64,000 nucleotides of DNA from Trueperaceae bacterium (GTDB lineage Bacteria > Deinococcota > Deinococci > Deinococcales > Trueperaceae): positions 2,688,001 through 2,752,000 of the forward strand of contig OZ243913.1 in NCBI GenBank assembly GCA_965213705.1. Direction: 5' to 3'. Below the pieces are notes generated by a model. The model did not search any database. It was not told where the DNA came from and saw only the letters and a program-made list of their open reading frames with translations. A program made the position numbers and the translations under genes. Shown here one piece after another: positions 1 through 10,804 of this stretch. Position 1 is the first letter of the stretch. Every line of letters begins with the position of its first letter.

Positions 1-99
1 TCAGAGCCACAAACAGCCACAATGTCCAATTGCTACGGCGTTTCTCACCCTTGGGCCGGGCGCGGGTTTGGACGATGGGTTCGTGGCGGTCGGTCATGC

Positions 100-1329
100 T
101 CAGACGGCTTTCAGGGCCTGCACGATTTGGGTGCGCGCGGCCCGGAGCGCCGGGAAAATACCCAGAACGGTACCTAGCAGGAGCGTCACCCCCACCACCA
201 GCAGCGCCGCCAAGGGTCGCCAGTACAGCTCGACGCTCCAGAAGAGGTCGTCGCCGACCTCTCTAGCCAGCAGCGGAATGACCCCCGCAGCCAGCGCGGC
301 CCCGACGAGCCCGCCCAAACCCGCCAGCAGCGCGGCTTCCAGGGTCATGGCGCGCACCACGCTCCCCTTTGTCGCGCCGAGGGCGCGCACAATGCCGATG
401 TCGCGTTCGCGCTCGAGGGCGTCCACGACCATAATCGAAAAAATCCCGATGGACCCGACGATTAAAGCGACGATGCCGAACAAGCTGAACATGACGATGG
501 TCGGGTCGAGCAGCGCCGGGTTGGCTCCGAACCCACGCTCGCCCTGTTCACGGATGTAAAAGTCTTTGCCGGGCTCGAGGTCGTAGCTGCGCACGGCGTC
601 CCCAAAGACCTGCCGCGCGGCGCTCAAAGTTTGCTCTCGCGCCGCGTCGCCGCGCCCTGGGGCGGCGAGCACGTTGAGGGTGGCGGCTCCGCCTCGAGAG
701 TTGTCGTAAGTCCACAAGGCCAAGTAAACGGCGCTCCGGTCTTCGGCCGTTGCAGGTTGGTCGGCAAAGGTGCCGATGATTCGGTAGGTGACGGGCGCTC
801 CGACCGGCCCGAAGTCCTCGTTGGGCACGAACTTCAAGGTCTGCCCGAGGGGGTCCGCGTCTGGGAAGAGGATGGCGGCAGCCTTGTCGGAAAGAAGTGC
901 GACGGCGTCTTGCGCGGCGGCTTCTTGTTCGGTAAACAGCGAGCCGCGCGTCGGTTGGATGTCGTTCAGCTCGAAGTAGACGTTATCCACGTAGACACCT
1001 TGCCAAAACTGGTAGAGGCGGCCTTCTTTTTCGACGGTCGGTTGCCACTCCTCGGTGTAAAGAGCAACTTTTTCAACGTCCGGGGCAAGTTGCGCCAGCT
1101 CGGCGGCACCTTGTTCGTCCATCATCATATAGGTGCTGCTCGAGCCGTCCTCGTCCCGAAACCCGGCTATCAGGTCGAAGCGCTCGGCCTCGCCCCGGTG
1201 CTGCCGCGCGTAAGCGTCCAGGTAAGCGGACAACGCCAAGGTCATCGCCAACGAGCCGAGCACGACTTGCAACAGCGTGAGGGTCGTCCGCAAGGGTTTC
1301 CGGCGCAAGCGCCGCACCAGGCTGGTCAT
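100..1329 (-). CDS. ABC transporter permease, MacB/FtsX family
   Basis: N-terminal TM helix, periplasmic domain, C-terminal FtsX-like segment 'ERERDIGIVRALGA'; start taken at MTSLVRR. Confidence 0.85.
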   Translation of the reverse strand: MTSLVRRLRRKPLRTTLTLLQVVLGSLAMTLALSAYLDAYARQHRGEAERFDLIAGFRDEDGSSSTYMMMDEQGAAELAQLAPDVEKVALYTEEWQPTVEKEGRLYQFWQGVYVDNVYFELNDIQPTRGSLFTEQEAAAQDAVALLSDKAAAILFPDADPLGQTLKFVPNEDFGPVGAPVTYRIIGTFADQPATAEDRSAVYLALWTYDNSRGGAATLNVLAAPGRGDAAREQTLSAARQVFGDAVRSYDLEPGKDFYIREQGERGFGANPALLDPTIVMFSLFGIVALIVGSIGIFSIMVVDALERERDIGIVRALGATKGSVVRAMTLEAALLAGLGGLVGAALAAGVIPLLAREVGDDLFWSVELYWRPLAALLVVGVTLLLGTVLGIFPALRAARTQIVQALKAV

Positions 1330-1340
1330 CTCAACCCCTC

Positions 1341-2561
1341 TCAAACTTCCCGCAACGCCTCGACCGGGCGCAGCCGCGACGCTTGCCATGCCGGGTAAAA
1401 GCCGAAGATGAGGCTCGTCAGCAGCGCCAAGCCGAAGCCGACCGGCAGCGCCAGCCACGGAAACGACGCGATAAAACTGCTTATGTCTTCCCCGTAGACC
1501 GCTGTCTGGTAGCTGTTGAAGGCCGCGTAGAGCCCGTAGCCCGCCAGCACGCCCAGCGCGCCGCCGACCGCGCCGAGCAGCAAACTCTCGCCCAAAAACT
1601 GCCGCAGGATGGTCGCCCGGCTCGCGCCCAAACTGCGTAAAATACCGATGGTGTGCCGCCGTCTGAGCACCCGCGCCAGCATCAGGTTCATGATGTTGAG
1701 CGCGGCCGCCGCCAGCGCCGTCGAGGCGAAGGCCGCGATGACGACCGCGACGAGCCGAAACTGCCCGTCGGCGTTGAAGTCACCTTGCGAGCTGACCGTC
1801 ACGCGGTCGCCCCACTGCTTTTCGGCGTAGGCTTGCAACTCCGCGCGGGCTTGCGCCAGGTTCGCTTTGTCCTCGACGGCGAAAGTCAAGGTTTGCAGCC
1901 CGTCCGCTCCCCTGGGTGCAAGCTTGTAGGGGGTAAGCGTGGTCGGGCCGCCCATTCCTTGCTCGGAGCCCTCGAGCACGCCTACAACGGTGTAACTCTT
2001 CTCCCCTTGGAAATCCGCCAGCTTGACGCTCTGCCCGACCGGGTCACCCTCCAGCCCCAGTTTGGGCAGTGCGCCCTCGGCGACCAACAGGACGTTGCGC
2101 CCTTCGGCGAAGTCGCCTTCGCTGAACAAGCTACCCTGGATAACTCGGACAGCCGCCGCCGCCAGGTAGTCGGCGGTGACGGGTCTGAGTTCCAGCATGA
2201 GCGAGTCGTCACCCGCAACCGTAAACCTGTCCCAATCCGTAAGGTAAGCGTGGTTCACCGTCGGCGACGCCGCCTTGGCTGCCGCCAAGTCGTCCAGCGT
2301 CAGCGCGACTTTCTCCTCGCCCGACCGCCCGACCTCGCGGACGGGGATGGTCTCGCCGCCGTTATAAAACCCACTCCAGTCGTTGCTTTTTGTTTGCAGG
2401 GTCATCTCTCGTTGCCAGAGTTCGTTGCTGCTCAACTGCCGGTTGTACTGGCTAAACGTGGCGACCACCGCCGTCACCACGGCCACCCCGAGCGCGACCG
2501 CCAGCGCGATGAGCAGTGACTGGAGCGGGTACGCCTTAAATTGGCGAAACGCGCCTAGCAC
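1341..2561 (-). CDS. ABC transporter permease, MacB/FtsX family
   Basis: 'NIMNLMLARVLRRRHTIGILRSLGA...GFYPAWQASRLRPVEALR' FtsX C-terminus; paralogue of the adjacent gene. Confidence 0.85.
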   Translation of the reverse strand: MLGAFRQFKAYPLQSLLIALAVALGVAVVTAVVATFSQYNRQLSSNELWQREMTLQTKSNDWSGFYNGGETIPVREVGRSGEEKVALTLDDLAAAKAASPTVNHAYLTDWDRFTVAGDDSLMLELRPVTADYLAAAAVRVIQGSLFSEGDFAEGRNVLLVAEGALPKLGLEGDPVGQSVKLADFQGEKSYTVVGVLEGSEQGMGGPTTLTPYKLAPRGADGLQTLTFAVEDKANLAQARAELQAYAEKQWGDRVTVSSQGDFNADGQFRLVAVVIAAFASTALAAAALNIMNLMLARVLRRRHTIGILRSLGASRATILRQFLGESLLLGAVGGALGVLAGYGLYAAFNSYQTAVYGEDISSFIASFPWLALPVGFGLALLTSLIFGFYPAWQASRLRPVEALREV

Positions 2562-2946
2562 TGAAAACCTAACACTTGAGTACCCAGCACCGGACTATCG
2601 CAGCACCGCAGACGAGCCCTAGCCATTCCCCCACACGCACCAACTCCTCAAAAGCGCCCGAAACGTCTTAAACGTCGCAGCGTCCATCAAGAAAAGCCTG
2701 TCCAGGCCACGCGCAAAAGCCTCTGTGGGCTCCGCGGAGAAAATAGTGCAAAGAGAAACCCGTTGACTATCAGTTTAAGGAGGTGAAGGTACGTTGTCTA
2801 GCCCTTGATGATTCATCTTCTCGAGCGTTGTCGCACACTTCCAGACCGAGCCGACAAACGCGCTCCAGGTACGGCTTCTCGAGTTCTGAGGTCACCTGCC
2901 GAGACACTTGCAAAAAGGGTGGCGCTGTAATCACGAGCCGAATTCT

Positions 2947-3918
2947 TCAGCCCTTTTCCTCGCTCCGGTCGTGCGCGGGCGGCGGCTCGGGCGACAGGGC
3001 GGACACCTCCGCACGCATCTCCGGGGTCATGTCAAACCCGGCGGCGGCGAGGGAGGGCTCGAGCTGCGCCACGTTCCGCGCGCCGATAATCGGGGCAGTT
3101 ACCGCCGGGTGCGCCGCGACCCAGGCGACAGCGAGCGTGACCGGGTGAACGCCTTTTTCTTCAGCGTAAGCCGTGAACTTCTCGGCCACCTCGAAGTAAA
3201 CGTCTTCGCCGTAGCGCTTGGTGTACATCTTGTTGTCGACGAGTCGCCCCTGCTCGGGCTTGCCTTTGGTGCTGTACTTTCCCGTTAGCAAGCCGCCGCC
3301 CAAGGGGCTGTAGGGGATGACGCCCAACGTTTCCGAACGCGCCAGCGGCAGGATTTCGACCTCGGCTTGGCGTTTGACGAGGTTGTACATCGGCTGGACG
3401 AGTTCGAAGCGGGCGAGCCCTTCTCGAGCCGCAGTCCCGAGCGCTTTGACGATTTGCCAGGCGGCCCAGTTGCTCACGGCCGGATAGAGAATGAGGCCGC
3501 GCTCGACCAGGGTGTCCAGCGCGCGCAGCGTTTCTTCCATAGGCGTGTCCGCGTCGAACTGGTGGACGAAATAAAAGTCCAGCCGGTCGGTTTGCAAACG
3601 CTTCAAACTCGCCTCGACGGCTTGCACGATGTGACGCCGTGAGAGCCCGCGCGCGTTCACGTCCTCGCCCATTTTGCCGAATACCTTGCTGGTGACGACC
3701 AATTCGTCGCGCCGCCCCTTCATGAGCCGACCGAGGATTTCTTCGGAGCGGCCCCGCGCGTAGACGTTCGCTGTGTCGAAAAAGTTGATGCCCGTGTCCA
3801 GGCAGCGTTCGAACATCTTGGCCGACTCGGGCTCGTCGGCGGTGTCGCCGAACGACATCGTGCCGAAGCAGAGGTTTGAAACCTTGACGCCGGTACGGCC
3901 TACGGTGCGGTAGTCCAT
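2947..3918 (-). CDS. Aldo/keto reductase
   Basis: 'GRTGVKVSNLCFGTM', 'FFDTANVY', 'PYSPLGGGLLTGKY' motifs. Confidence 0.9.
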   Translation of the reverse strand: MDYRTVGRTGVKVSNLCFGTMSFGDTADEPESAKMFERCLDTGINFFDTANVYARGRSEEILGRLMKGRRDELVVTSKVFGKMGEDVNARGLSRRHIVQAVEASLKRLQTDRLDFYFVHQFDADTPMEETLRALDTLVERGLILYPAVSNWAAWQIVKALGTAAREGLARFELVQPMYNLVKRQAEVEILPLARSETLGVIPYSPLGGGLLTGKYSTKGKPEQGRLVDNKMYTKRYGEDVYFEVAEKFTAYAEEKGVHPVTLAVAWVAAHPAVTAPIIGARNVAQLEPSLAAAGFDMTPEMRAEVSALSPEPPPAHDRSEEKG

Positions 3919-4123
3919 GTGTGCGCCTCCTGCCCGCACTTTAACAAGCTCGGGAGCTAGACGTTTTTAGGTGTTGGTTTTGAGTTTTCGTCTTTTGCGA
4001 ACAACCGACAACGAATGACGAACGACGTTCTTTGTACTTTCCTCTCTACAACCTAAAAAATAGAGTCGCGTGGCTGTAACGACCTGAGCCCCGTTTGGTA
4101 CGCTCAGCGCACCAGGAGGCTTT

Positions 4124-5092
4124 ATGAAAGCTGTGCAAATAACCGAACAAGGTGGCCGCGAAGTCCTACACCTCACCGACTTGGACACCCCGACGCCGGG
4201 TGAAGGTCAGGTGTTGGTTAAGCTCGAGGCCTCCGGCATCAACTTCATCGACATCTACCAGCGCACCGGGCTGTACAAGGTGGATTTACCTTATGTTTTG
4301 GGGCTCGAGGGCGCGGGCACGGTTCAAGCGGTCGGCGCGGGTGTGAGCACTTTCAAAGAGGGCGACCGCGTCGCCTACACGGGCGTCGCCGGCAGCTACG
4401 CCGAGGCGGCGCTCGTCCCCGCCGACCGGCTCGTCACGGTGCCCGAGTCGGTGGGTTTGGAAACCGCCGCCGCCGTGATGCTGCAGGGCATGACCGCGCA
4501 GTACCTCAGCCACAGCACGTATCCGGTTCAAGAGGGCGATACTTGCCTCGTCCACGCGGTCGCGGGCGGCGTGGGTTTGCTCCTGACCCAACTCGCCAAG
4601 CTGCGCGGCGCGACCGTCATCGGCACCGCCTCGACCGAGGAAAAAGCCGAGCGCGCCCGCAAGGTCGGGGCCGACCACGTGATTCTTTACACCGAAGAGG
4701 ATTTCGAGGCGGAGGTGCAGCGGCTCACCGACGGCCGCGGCGTGCAGGTCGTTTACGATTCGGTCGGCAAGACGACGTTCGAGGGAAGCTTGAACTGCCT
4801 CGCCAGGCGCGGCTACCTGGTGCTTTACGGGCAGTCGTCGGGGCCGGTGGGCGCGTTCGACCCGCAGGTGTTGAACGCCAAAGGCTCGCTCTTTTTGACC
4901 CGCCCGAGCCTGTTTCACTACGTCGCCGAACGCGAAGAGCTGGTCAAACGCGCGGGCGAGCTGTTCGTGCTCATCTCCGAGGGCAACCTGGACGTTCACG
5001 TCGACTCGACATTCTCCTTATCAGAGGTCGCCGAGGCGCACCGCAAGCTCGAGAACCGCGAGACCTCCGGCAAGGTCTTGTTGACGCCTTGA
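4124..5092 (+). CDS. qor: NADPH:quinone oxidoreductase (zeta-crystallin/MDR family)
   Basis: 'GINFIDIYQRTGLY', 'HAVAGGVG', 'KGSLFLTRPSL'; AGGAGG RBS upstream. Confidence 0.9.
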   Translation: MKAVQITEQGGREVLHLTDLDTPTPGEGQVLVKLEASGINFIDIYQRTGLYKVDLPYVLGLEGAGTVQAVGAGVSTFKEGDRVAYTGVAGSYAEAALVPADRLVTVPESVGLETAAAVMLQGMTAQYLSHSTYPVQEGDTCLVHAVAGGVGLLLTQLAKLRGATVIGTASTEEKAERARKVGADHVILYTEEDFEAEVQRLTDGRGVQVVYDSVGKTTFEGSLNCLARRGYLVLYGQSSGPVGAFDPQVLNAKGSLFLTRPSLFHYVAEREELVKRAGELFVLISEGNLDVHVDSTFSLSEVAEAHRKLENRETSGKVLLTP

Positions 5093-5551
5093 AGTTTTGG
5101 TAAGTGCTCCGGCTCCGGTAACCTAAACCATCTCGATGAGGGTTTTGCGCGCGAGATGGGTTTTGTTGACGTTTTCCAGTTTAGGTTGTTTCGGTGTGCC
5201 CACTTAGCATGGAAAAACGGGGCTCGAGAAGAGGTTGGCTGGGCCGAAGGCGGCTGTCGTCCGGCGGTTAAGACACTTGCCCGAATAAGGGTTGCACCCC
5301 TTGTCGGACCTCTTCTCGGTCGAAGAAGTAATGCTCCAACCTCTCCGCCACTTCCTGCGAGTCCGAACTTGACCGGTCCGAGCTGCGCTTTCTCGGAAAA
5401 AAGCTTCACAACCTTAACAGACTGTACGCTGTGCATAAATTCACGGTATAGTCTTTTCAACGACGTCTTGTAACAAGGAGGCAACCTGGAAAAGACTGCG
5501 TCTCGACCCGCCCAAGTCACGAGAAAAACTTTCCCCCCGAACGGAGAACAT

Positions 5552-7255
5552 GTGAAAAAACTCAGTCTGGCTTTGCTTATGCTCGGTCTGCTCGTCGGCA
5601 CCGCCTCGGCGCAGCGCGGCGTCGAGGGCGACCTCGACATCATCTACTGGCAAGCCCCCTCGACGCTCAACCCCTACCTGTCGGGCGGCACCAAGGACAT
5701 CGAGGCGGCTTCGCCCATCCTGGAACCGTTGGCGCGCTACGACGAGGCCGGCAACTTGGTGCCGTGGCTCGTCGACGAAATTCCGACCGTGGAGAACGGC
5801 GGCGTCGCCGAGGACTTGAGGAGCATCACCTGGACGCTTAAAGACGGCATCATGTGGTCGGACGGCACGCCGCTGACCGCTGAAGACGTGGTCTTTACCG
5901 GCAACTACTGCCTCAACGAAGAGATGGGCTGCAACTCGCTCTCGTACTTTACCGACGTCGACAGCTTCGAAGCGGTCGACGACCAGACGGTTCGAATCAA
6001 CTTCTCGGTCGCCAAGCCTTTCCCTTACGGCCCCTTTGCCGGCGCGGAAACGCCCATCCTTCAAAAAGCGCAGTTTGAAAACTGCACGGGTGCGGCGGCG
6101 CAGAACTGCACGGCTGAGAACTTCGGCCCCGTCGGCACCGGCCCCTACAAGGTAGTCGACTTCCGCGCCAACGACGTGGTCGTCTACGAACCCAACGAGA
6201 ACTACCGCGAGGCCGACAAGCCCGCGTTTTCGCGCGTGACCCTCAAAGGCGGCGGCGACGCGGCTTCGGCGGCGCGCGCGGTGCTCGAGACCGGCGAGGC
6301 CGACTACGCCTGGAACTTGCAAGTCGAGCCCGAAATCTTGACCCAGATGGAAGCGGGCGGCCAGGGCGAGGTCGTCAGCTCGTTCGGCACCTCGGTCGAG
6401 CGTCTCGTCATCAACCTCACCAACCCCGACGCCTCGCTGGGCGAAAACCGCTCCGAGTACATGGGTGGCGAAAACCCGCACCCCTTCTTGAGCGACCCGG
6501 TGGTGCGTCAAGCGCTGTCGATGGCGATTGACCGCTCGATACTCACCGAAATCGGTTACGGCGCGGCGGGTCAGCCCGGTTGCAACATTTTGCCCGCCCC
6601 GGAAATCTACGCCTCGACCGCCAACGACGCTTGTCTGCAGCAGGACATGGAAGGCGCGAAGAAGCTCCTCGACGACGCGGGCATCGTCGACACCGACGGC
6701 GACGGCGTGCGTGAAAAAGACGGCGTACCCTTGAGGATTCTTTACCAGACCTCGACCAACTCGGTGCGCCAGGGCACGCAAGCGCTCGTCAAGCAGTGGT
6801 GGGACGAACTCGGCGTCGAGACCGAGCTGCGCAACATCGACGCGGCCGTCTTTTTCGGCAACGACATCTCGAGCCCGGACACCTACGGCAAGTTCTACGC
6901 CGACGTGGAGATGTTCACCAACAACTTCTCGGGCACCGACCCCGAAAACTACATGGCGAACCTGACCTGCAAAGAAATTGCGCAACGCTCAAACCAGTGG
7001 CTCGGCAACAACCAGCCGCGCTGGTGCAACCCCGAATACGACGCGCTCGTGGCGCAACTCGGCGAGACCGCCGGATTGGAAGCTCGAGCCGAAATCGCCA
7101 AGCAACTCAACGACATGATTTCGCAAAACTACGTGCTCATCCCGCTCATTTGGCGCGGCGACGTGTCCGCGCACGCGGACTCGCTTGAGGGCGTCCGCAT
7201 GAACAGCTGGGACTCGGAACTCTGGAACATCGCCGACTGGACCAGGACCAACTAG
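5552..7255 (+). CDS. Peptide ABC transporter substrate-binding protein (family 5)
   Basis: Signal peptide; 'WSDGTPLTAEDV', 'GTGPYKV' motifs. Confidence 0.9.
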   Translation: MKKLSLALLMLGLLVGTASAQRGVEGDLDIIYWQAPSTLNPYLSGGTKDIEAASPILEPLARYDEAGNLVPWLVDEIPTVENGGVAEDLRSITWTLKDGIMWSDGTPLTAEDVVFTGNYCLNEEMGCNSLSYFTDVDSFEAVDDQTVRINFSVAKPFPYGPFAGAETPILQKAQFENCTGAAAQNCTAENFGPVGTGPYKVVDFRANDVVVYEPNENYREADKPAFSRVTLKGGGDAASAARAVLETGEADYAWNLQVEPEILTQMEAGGQGEVVSSFGTSVERLVINLTNPDASLGENRSEYMGGENPHPFLSDPVVRQALSMAIDRSILTEIGYGAAGQPGCNILPAPEIYASTANDACLQQDMEGAKKLLDDAGIVDTDGDGVREKDGVPLRILYQTSTNSVRQGTQALVKQWWDELGVETELRNIDAAVFFGNDISSPDTYGKFYADVEMFTNNFSGTDPENYMANLTCKEIAQRSNQWLGNNQPRWCNPEYDALVAQLGETAGLEARAEIAKQLNDMISQNYVLIPLIWRGDVSAHADSLEGVRMNSWDSELWNIADWTRTN

Positions 7256-7275
7256 GCAAGTCGCCCGTTCCAAAC

Positions 7276-7308
7276 AAAGTGGTTTGCGTGTCAAACGCAA
7301 ACCACTTT
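7276..7308 (+). terminator. Strong hairpin between the substrate-binding gene and the permease (terminator or mRNA stabiliser)
   Basis: AAAGTGGTTTGCGT-N5-ACGCAAACCACTTT, perfect 14-bp stem. Confidence 0.65.
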
Positions 7309-7339
7309 CTCTTAAATTCCTTATTTTAAGGACAGCCAC

Positions 7340-8353
7340 ATGTTTCAATACATCATACGCCGAGTTTTGGTCGCTATACCGACGCTTCTAGTTATCAGCG
7401 TGGTCATTTTTGGCATTTTGGAACTCGCCCCTGGCGACCCGACCGGCACCCTGCCCCTCACCATCCCACCCGAGGTGCGCGAGCAAATCAAAGAAGCGCT
7501 CGGGGCGAACGACAAGTTCCCGGTGAACTATCTCAAGTGGGCGCGCCAATTTTTCGTCTACGAACCGCTGGCGATGTTTCAAGACGCGACGGGCATAGAG
7601 GTCGGCGACAGCAGCCAGCGCACCCGCATCTTGTCCTGGACGACGCGCAGCCCGGTGATGGACCTTATCATCCAGCGTTTGCCGCAAACCTTGTGGGTCG
7701 TAGGTCTGGCCTACGTCGTCGGTATCCTGATAGCGATTCCAGTCGGTATTTTGTCGGCCTACAAGCAGTACTCCATTTTCGACCAGGTCGGCACGTTCGT
7801 GTCGCTCATCGGCTTTTCGGTGCCGACTTTTTTCACCGGGCTCGTCGCCATCATCATTTTCAGCGTCAACCTGAGGTGGTTTCCGTCGATTTACGACACC
7901 ACCCTCGTCGTGAACGACTGGCCCAGCTTCGTCGAGCAAGTCAAACAGATGATCATGCCGGTGATGGTGTTAGCTTTTTTCAACGCTTCGCAGCTCAGCC
8001 GCTTTATGCGCAGTTCGATGCTCGACAACCTCAACCAGGACTATGTTCGCACCGCCCGCTCAAAAGGCCTGAAGGAGCAAATCGTGGTGCTCGGCCACGT
8101 GCTGCGCAACAGTCTCATCCCGGTCGTCACTTTAATCGCGCTGGGCATCCCAGGGATTTTTGGGGGCGCCATCATCACCGAGCAGATTTTTCGCATCAAC
8201 GGCTTGGGCGCGCTGCTGATAGAGGGAATTCAGAGCGCCGACATCCCGCGGGTGCAAACCCTGACTTTCATCTTCGCCATTCTCATCGTCCTGTTCAACA
8301 TCGTCGCGGACGTGGCTTACGGCTTTCTCGACCCACGGATTCGGTACGGGTAG
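7340..8353 (+). CDS. Peptide ABC transporter permease (OppB/DppB-like)
   Basis: 'DYVRTARSKGL', 'LDPRIR' motifs. Confidence 0.9.
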   Translation: MFQYIIRRVLVAIPTLLVISVVIFGILELAPGDPTGTLPLTIPPEVREQIKEALGANDKFPVNYLKWARQFFVYEPLAMFQDATGIEVGDSSQRTRILSWTTRSPVMDLIIQRLPQTLWVVGLAYVVGILIAIPVGILSAYKQYSIFDQVGTFVSLIGFSVPTFFTGLVAIIIFSVNLRWFPSIYDTTLVVNDWPSFVEQVKQMIMPVMVLAFFNASQLSRFMRSSMLDNLNQDYVRTARSKGLKEQIVVLGHVLRNSLIPVVTLIALGIPGIFGGAIITEQIFRINGLGALLIEGIQSADIPRVQTLTFIFAILIVLFNIVADVAYGFLDPRIRYG

Positions 8354-8362
8354 GGGGTCGGT

Positions 8363-9280
8363 GTGAGCGTTGCAACCGCGCCCAAAACCGCCGCCAAGGC
8401 CGACCGTTCGCCGTGGCTGGACGGTTGGCGGCAGTTCGCCAAGCACAAAGGGGCGGTCGTCGGCATGGTCATTTTTTTCGCCATCGTGCTGACCGTTATT
8501 TTCGGGCCGCTGGTCTACCCCGTCGACCCGCAGTACAGCAACTTGTTGGAGCGCAACCAGGGTCCGTCGGGCAAGCACTTTTTCGGCACCGACAACTTGG
8601 GCCGCGACCTGTTCGCCGCCAACTTAGCGGGCGGGCGCATCTCGCTCGCGGTCGGCGTGGCGTCGATGCTCATCAGCATCGTGCTGGGCACGACCATCGG
8701 GCTGTTAGCGGGCTATTTCAGGTGGCTCGACGGCGCACTCATGCGGTTCACCGACCTGTTTTTGGCGCTGCCGCTACTGCCGCTTTTGCTCGTCATCATC
8801 TTGCTGTTCCGGGACAGCCTGCGCGCGGCCTTTGGGCCGGAGCTGGGTATTTTCATCTTAATCGTCACGGTTATCGGGGCGACGAGCTGGATGAACACGG
8901 CGCGGGTCGTCCGGGGCGACGTGTTGGGCGTCAAAGAGCGCGAGTTCGTGTCGGCGGCGGGCGCGTTGGGCTCGGGCAACAACCGAATTATGTGGCTGCA
9001 CATCCTGCCCAACGTGCTGAGCCCGATTCTGGTCTCGGCGACGCTCGGCATGGCGAACGCGATTATCACCGAGTCGGCACTGTCGTTTTTGGGCCTCGGC
9101 TTTCCGCCCGACTTTCCCACCTGGGGCCGGCTGCTGTTCGACGGCAAGGACTTTTTAAGCCTTACCCCGATGCGGGTCGTGTGGCCGGGCTTGGCGATTT
9201 CGCTCGTCGTCTTGAGCGTGAACTTTATGGGCGACGGTCTGCGCGACGCGCTCGACCCGCGGTTGCGGGGGCGGGGCTGA
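8363..9280 (+). CDS. Peptide ABC transporter permease (OppC/DppC-like)
   Basis: 'FGTDNLGRD', 'HILPN', 'GDGLRDALDPR' motifs. Confidence 0.9.
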   Translation: MSVATAPKTAAKADRSPWLDGWRQFAKHKGAVVGMVIFFAIVLTVIFGPLVYPVDPQYSNLLERNQGPSGKHFFGTDNLGRDLFAANLAGGRISLAVGVASMLISIVLGTTIGLLAGYFRWLDGALMRFTDLFLALPLLPLLLVIILLFRDSLRAAFGPELGIFILIVTVIGATSWMNTARVVRGDVLGVKEREFVSAAGALGSGNNRIMWLHILPNVLSPILVSATLGMANAIITESALSFLGLGFPPDFPTWGRLLFDGKDFLSLTPMRVVWPGLAISLVVLSVNFMGDGLRDALDPRLRGRG

Positions 9281-9299
9281 GAGTAGTTCTTTTTTGCTA

Positions 9300-9352
9300 T
9301 CAAGTTTTGCTGGGTCAAGTTTTGTCGGGTCAAGTTTCGTTGGGTCGAATTG
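9300..9352. repeat. 15-bp degenerate tandem repeat (about 3.5 units)
   Basis: TCAAGTTTTGCTGGG / TCAAGTTTTGTCGGG / TCAAGTTTCGTTGGG / TCGAATTG. Confidence 0.75.
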
Positions 9353-9703
9353 AAGAGCGACGATTACAGGTCGTGTAGGTGCTCGGTACTGACGAAGCAC
9401 TCGACTGACGTTTGTCCTGTGGACCCGGCAACATCCAATTTTGCACGAACGGTGTACCACCCCTTTTAGAGAAACTTTTCAACCCTTGTTTCTCGAGACT
9501 TTCCTCAACCGGAAGGTCGACCCCAATCGGCTCAGCGCCGCCCCAGCTCGACCCACCCCCTCTAGTAGGCGCTGAGCCCACAAGCAGGAGACGACCCCAG
9601 CGGCTCGTCTCCTGCTTTCGTGTGATGTCGTGTCACGACGGGGTTTCCAAAGCCGGCTCGAGCCCGGAACTTAGCGGTTGGGGTTCGTGTCATACTTGAC
9701 TCC

Positions 9704-10744
9704 ATGAAGCTACGCCTTACCCTATGGGCGCTGGTCTGTTTGCTGCTCAGCGCCGGCGCCTCGGCCCAATACTACTTGGGCAGCGTGGGTGAGCGGCCGG
9801 CTCAGCTCGAGCTGAACTTGCCGGACACGCCCACAACACCCACCGCCAATTCCCTGACCGGCTCGTTTTACTACGACGCCGTCGGGCTGCCCCTTGACTT
9901 AGAGGGGCGGCTGACGAACACGGGCGAAGTGCGGCTCGAGGCCTACACCCAAGCCGTCACCACCTTGGGGCGGCAGCAAACGGGCGTGCTCGAGGGAACG
10001 CTGGCAGAGGGAACGTTGCCAGAGGGAATATTGCTGGGCGAAGCGAACCCCGGCGAGCGTTTCTCGGGCGTGTGGCGCTCGGCTTCCGGCGCCGCTTTGC
10101 CCTTCAGCTTCGACAAAATAGCGGAGTACGCCGACGTCGTTTTCGAGCAAGGACGAATTACCGCCGCGGCCAGCTACCCGGTTTTCTCTACACCCTTCAA
10201 CACCCTCGACACGCGGCTGCAGAGCGACCTTATCAACTCGCTTTTCGACTTTGTGCAGGAGGGGCAAGAGGTGAGGTCGGCCGGCGAACTGTTCGGCGGC
10301 TGGAGCCTGGAGCGCCGCCAAACCATCACCTACGCGTCGGCGAGCTTAGCGAGTATCGCCGAAACGCTGTACGTGTACACGGGCGGCGCGCACCCGAATA
10401 CCGGCTTAGCGAGTTATGTCCTTTTCACAGAGGCCGGCCGAACGCGCCTTCTCAGTTTGGCCGACTTTTTTTTGCCCGGGGTCGACTACCTGGCGTTGTT
10501 GTCGCCCTACCTCGTAAGCGCCTTGCTCGAGCAGGGTGCCCAGTGGGTGGTGGACGGTTCGGTCGACGGGTTTACCAAGGACGACTTAAGCGTCGTCACG
10601 GTCTCCCCCACCGGCTTGCGCTTCGGCTTCGAGCCCTACGCGGTCGGGCCGTACGCGCAGGGCACGTTTTTCGTCACGGTGCCGTTCGATGTTCTCGAGC
10701 CGGTCATCGACCCGGCGGGGCCGTTGCAGGCGTTTGTGGAGTGA
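9704..10744 (+). CDS. Secreted RsiV/DUF3298-like protein
   Basis: Signal peptide; 'YTGGAHPN' and 'FEPYAVGPYAQG' motifs. Confidence 0.75.
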   Translation: MKLRLTLWALVCLLLSAGASAQYYLGSVGERPAQLELNLPDTPTTPTANSLTGSFYYDAVGLPLDLEGRLTNTGEVRLEAYTQAVTTLGRQQTGVLEGTLAEGTLPEGILLGEANPGERFSGVWRSASGAALPFSFDKIAEYADVVFEQGRITAAASYPVFSTPFNTLDTRLQSDLINSLFDFVQEGQEVRSAGELFGGWSLERRQTITYASASLASIAETLYVYTGGAHPNTGLASYVLFTEAGRTRLLSLADFFLPGVDYLALLSPYLVSALLEQGAQWVVDGSVDGFTKDDLSVVTVSPTGLRFGFEPYAVGPYAQGTFFVTVPFDVLEPVIDPAGPLQAFVE

Positions 10745-10804
10745 AGACGGGCGCCGCTCGGCTTTGAACGGGGCTCGAAAGCTTCTTTAGTGGTTGAGGG
10801 AGCA

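Noticed and set aside
3965..4030. Heptamer-like repeats (CGACAAC/GAATGAC/GAACGAC)
   Set aside because: Short, degenerate and low-complexity, with no evidence of function.
5441..9378. Long antisense and alternate-frame ORFs (e.g. 5441-6985, 7537-9378, also 16057-17706)
   Set aside because: Shadow ORFs expected in GC-rich DNA overlapping well-supported genes.
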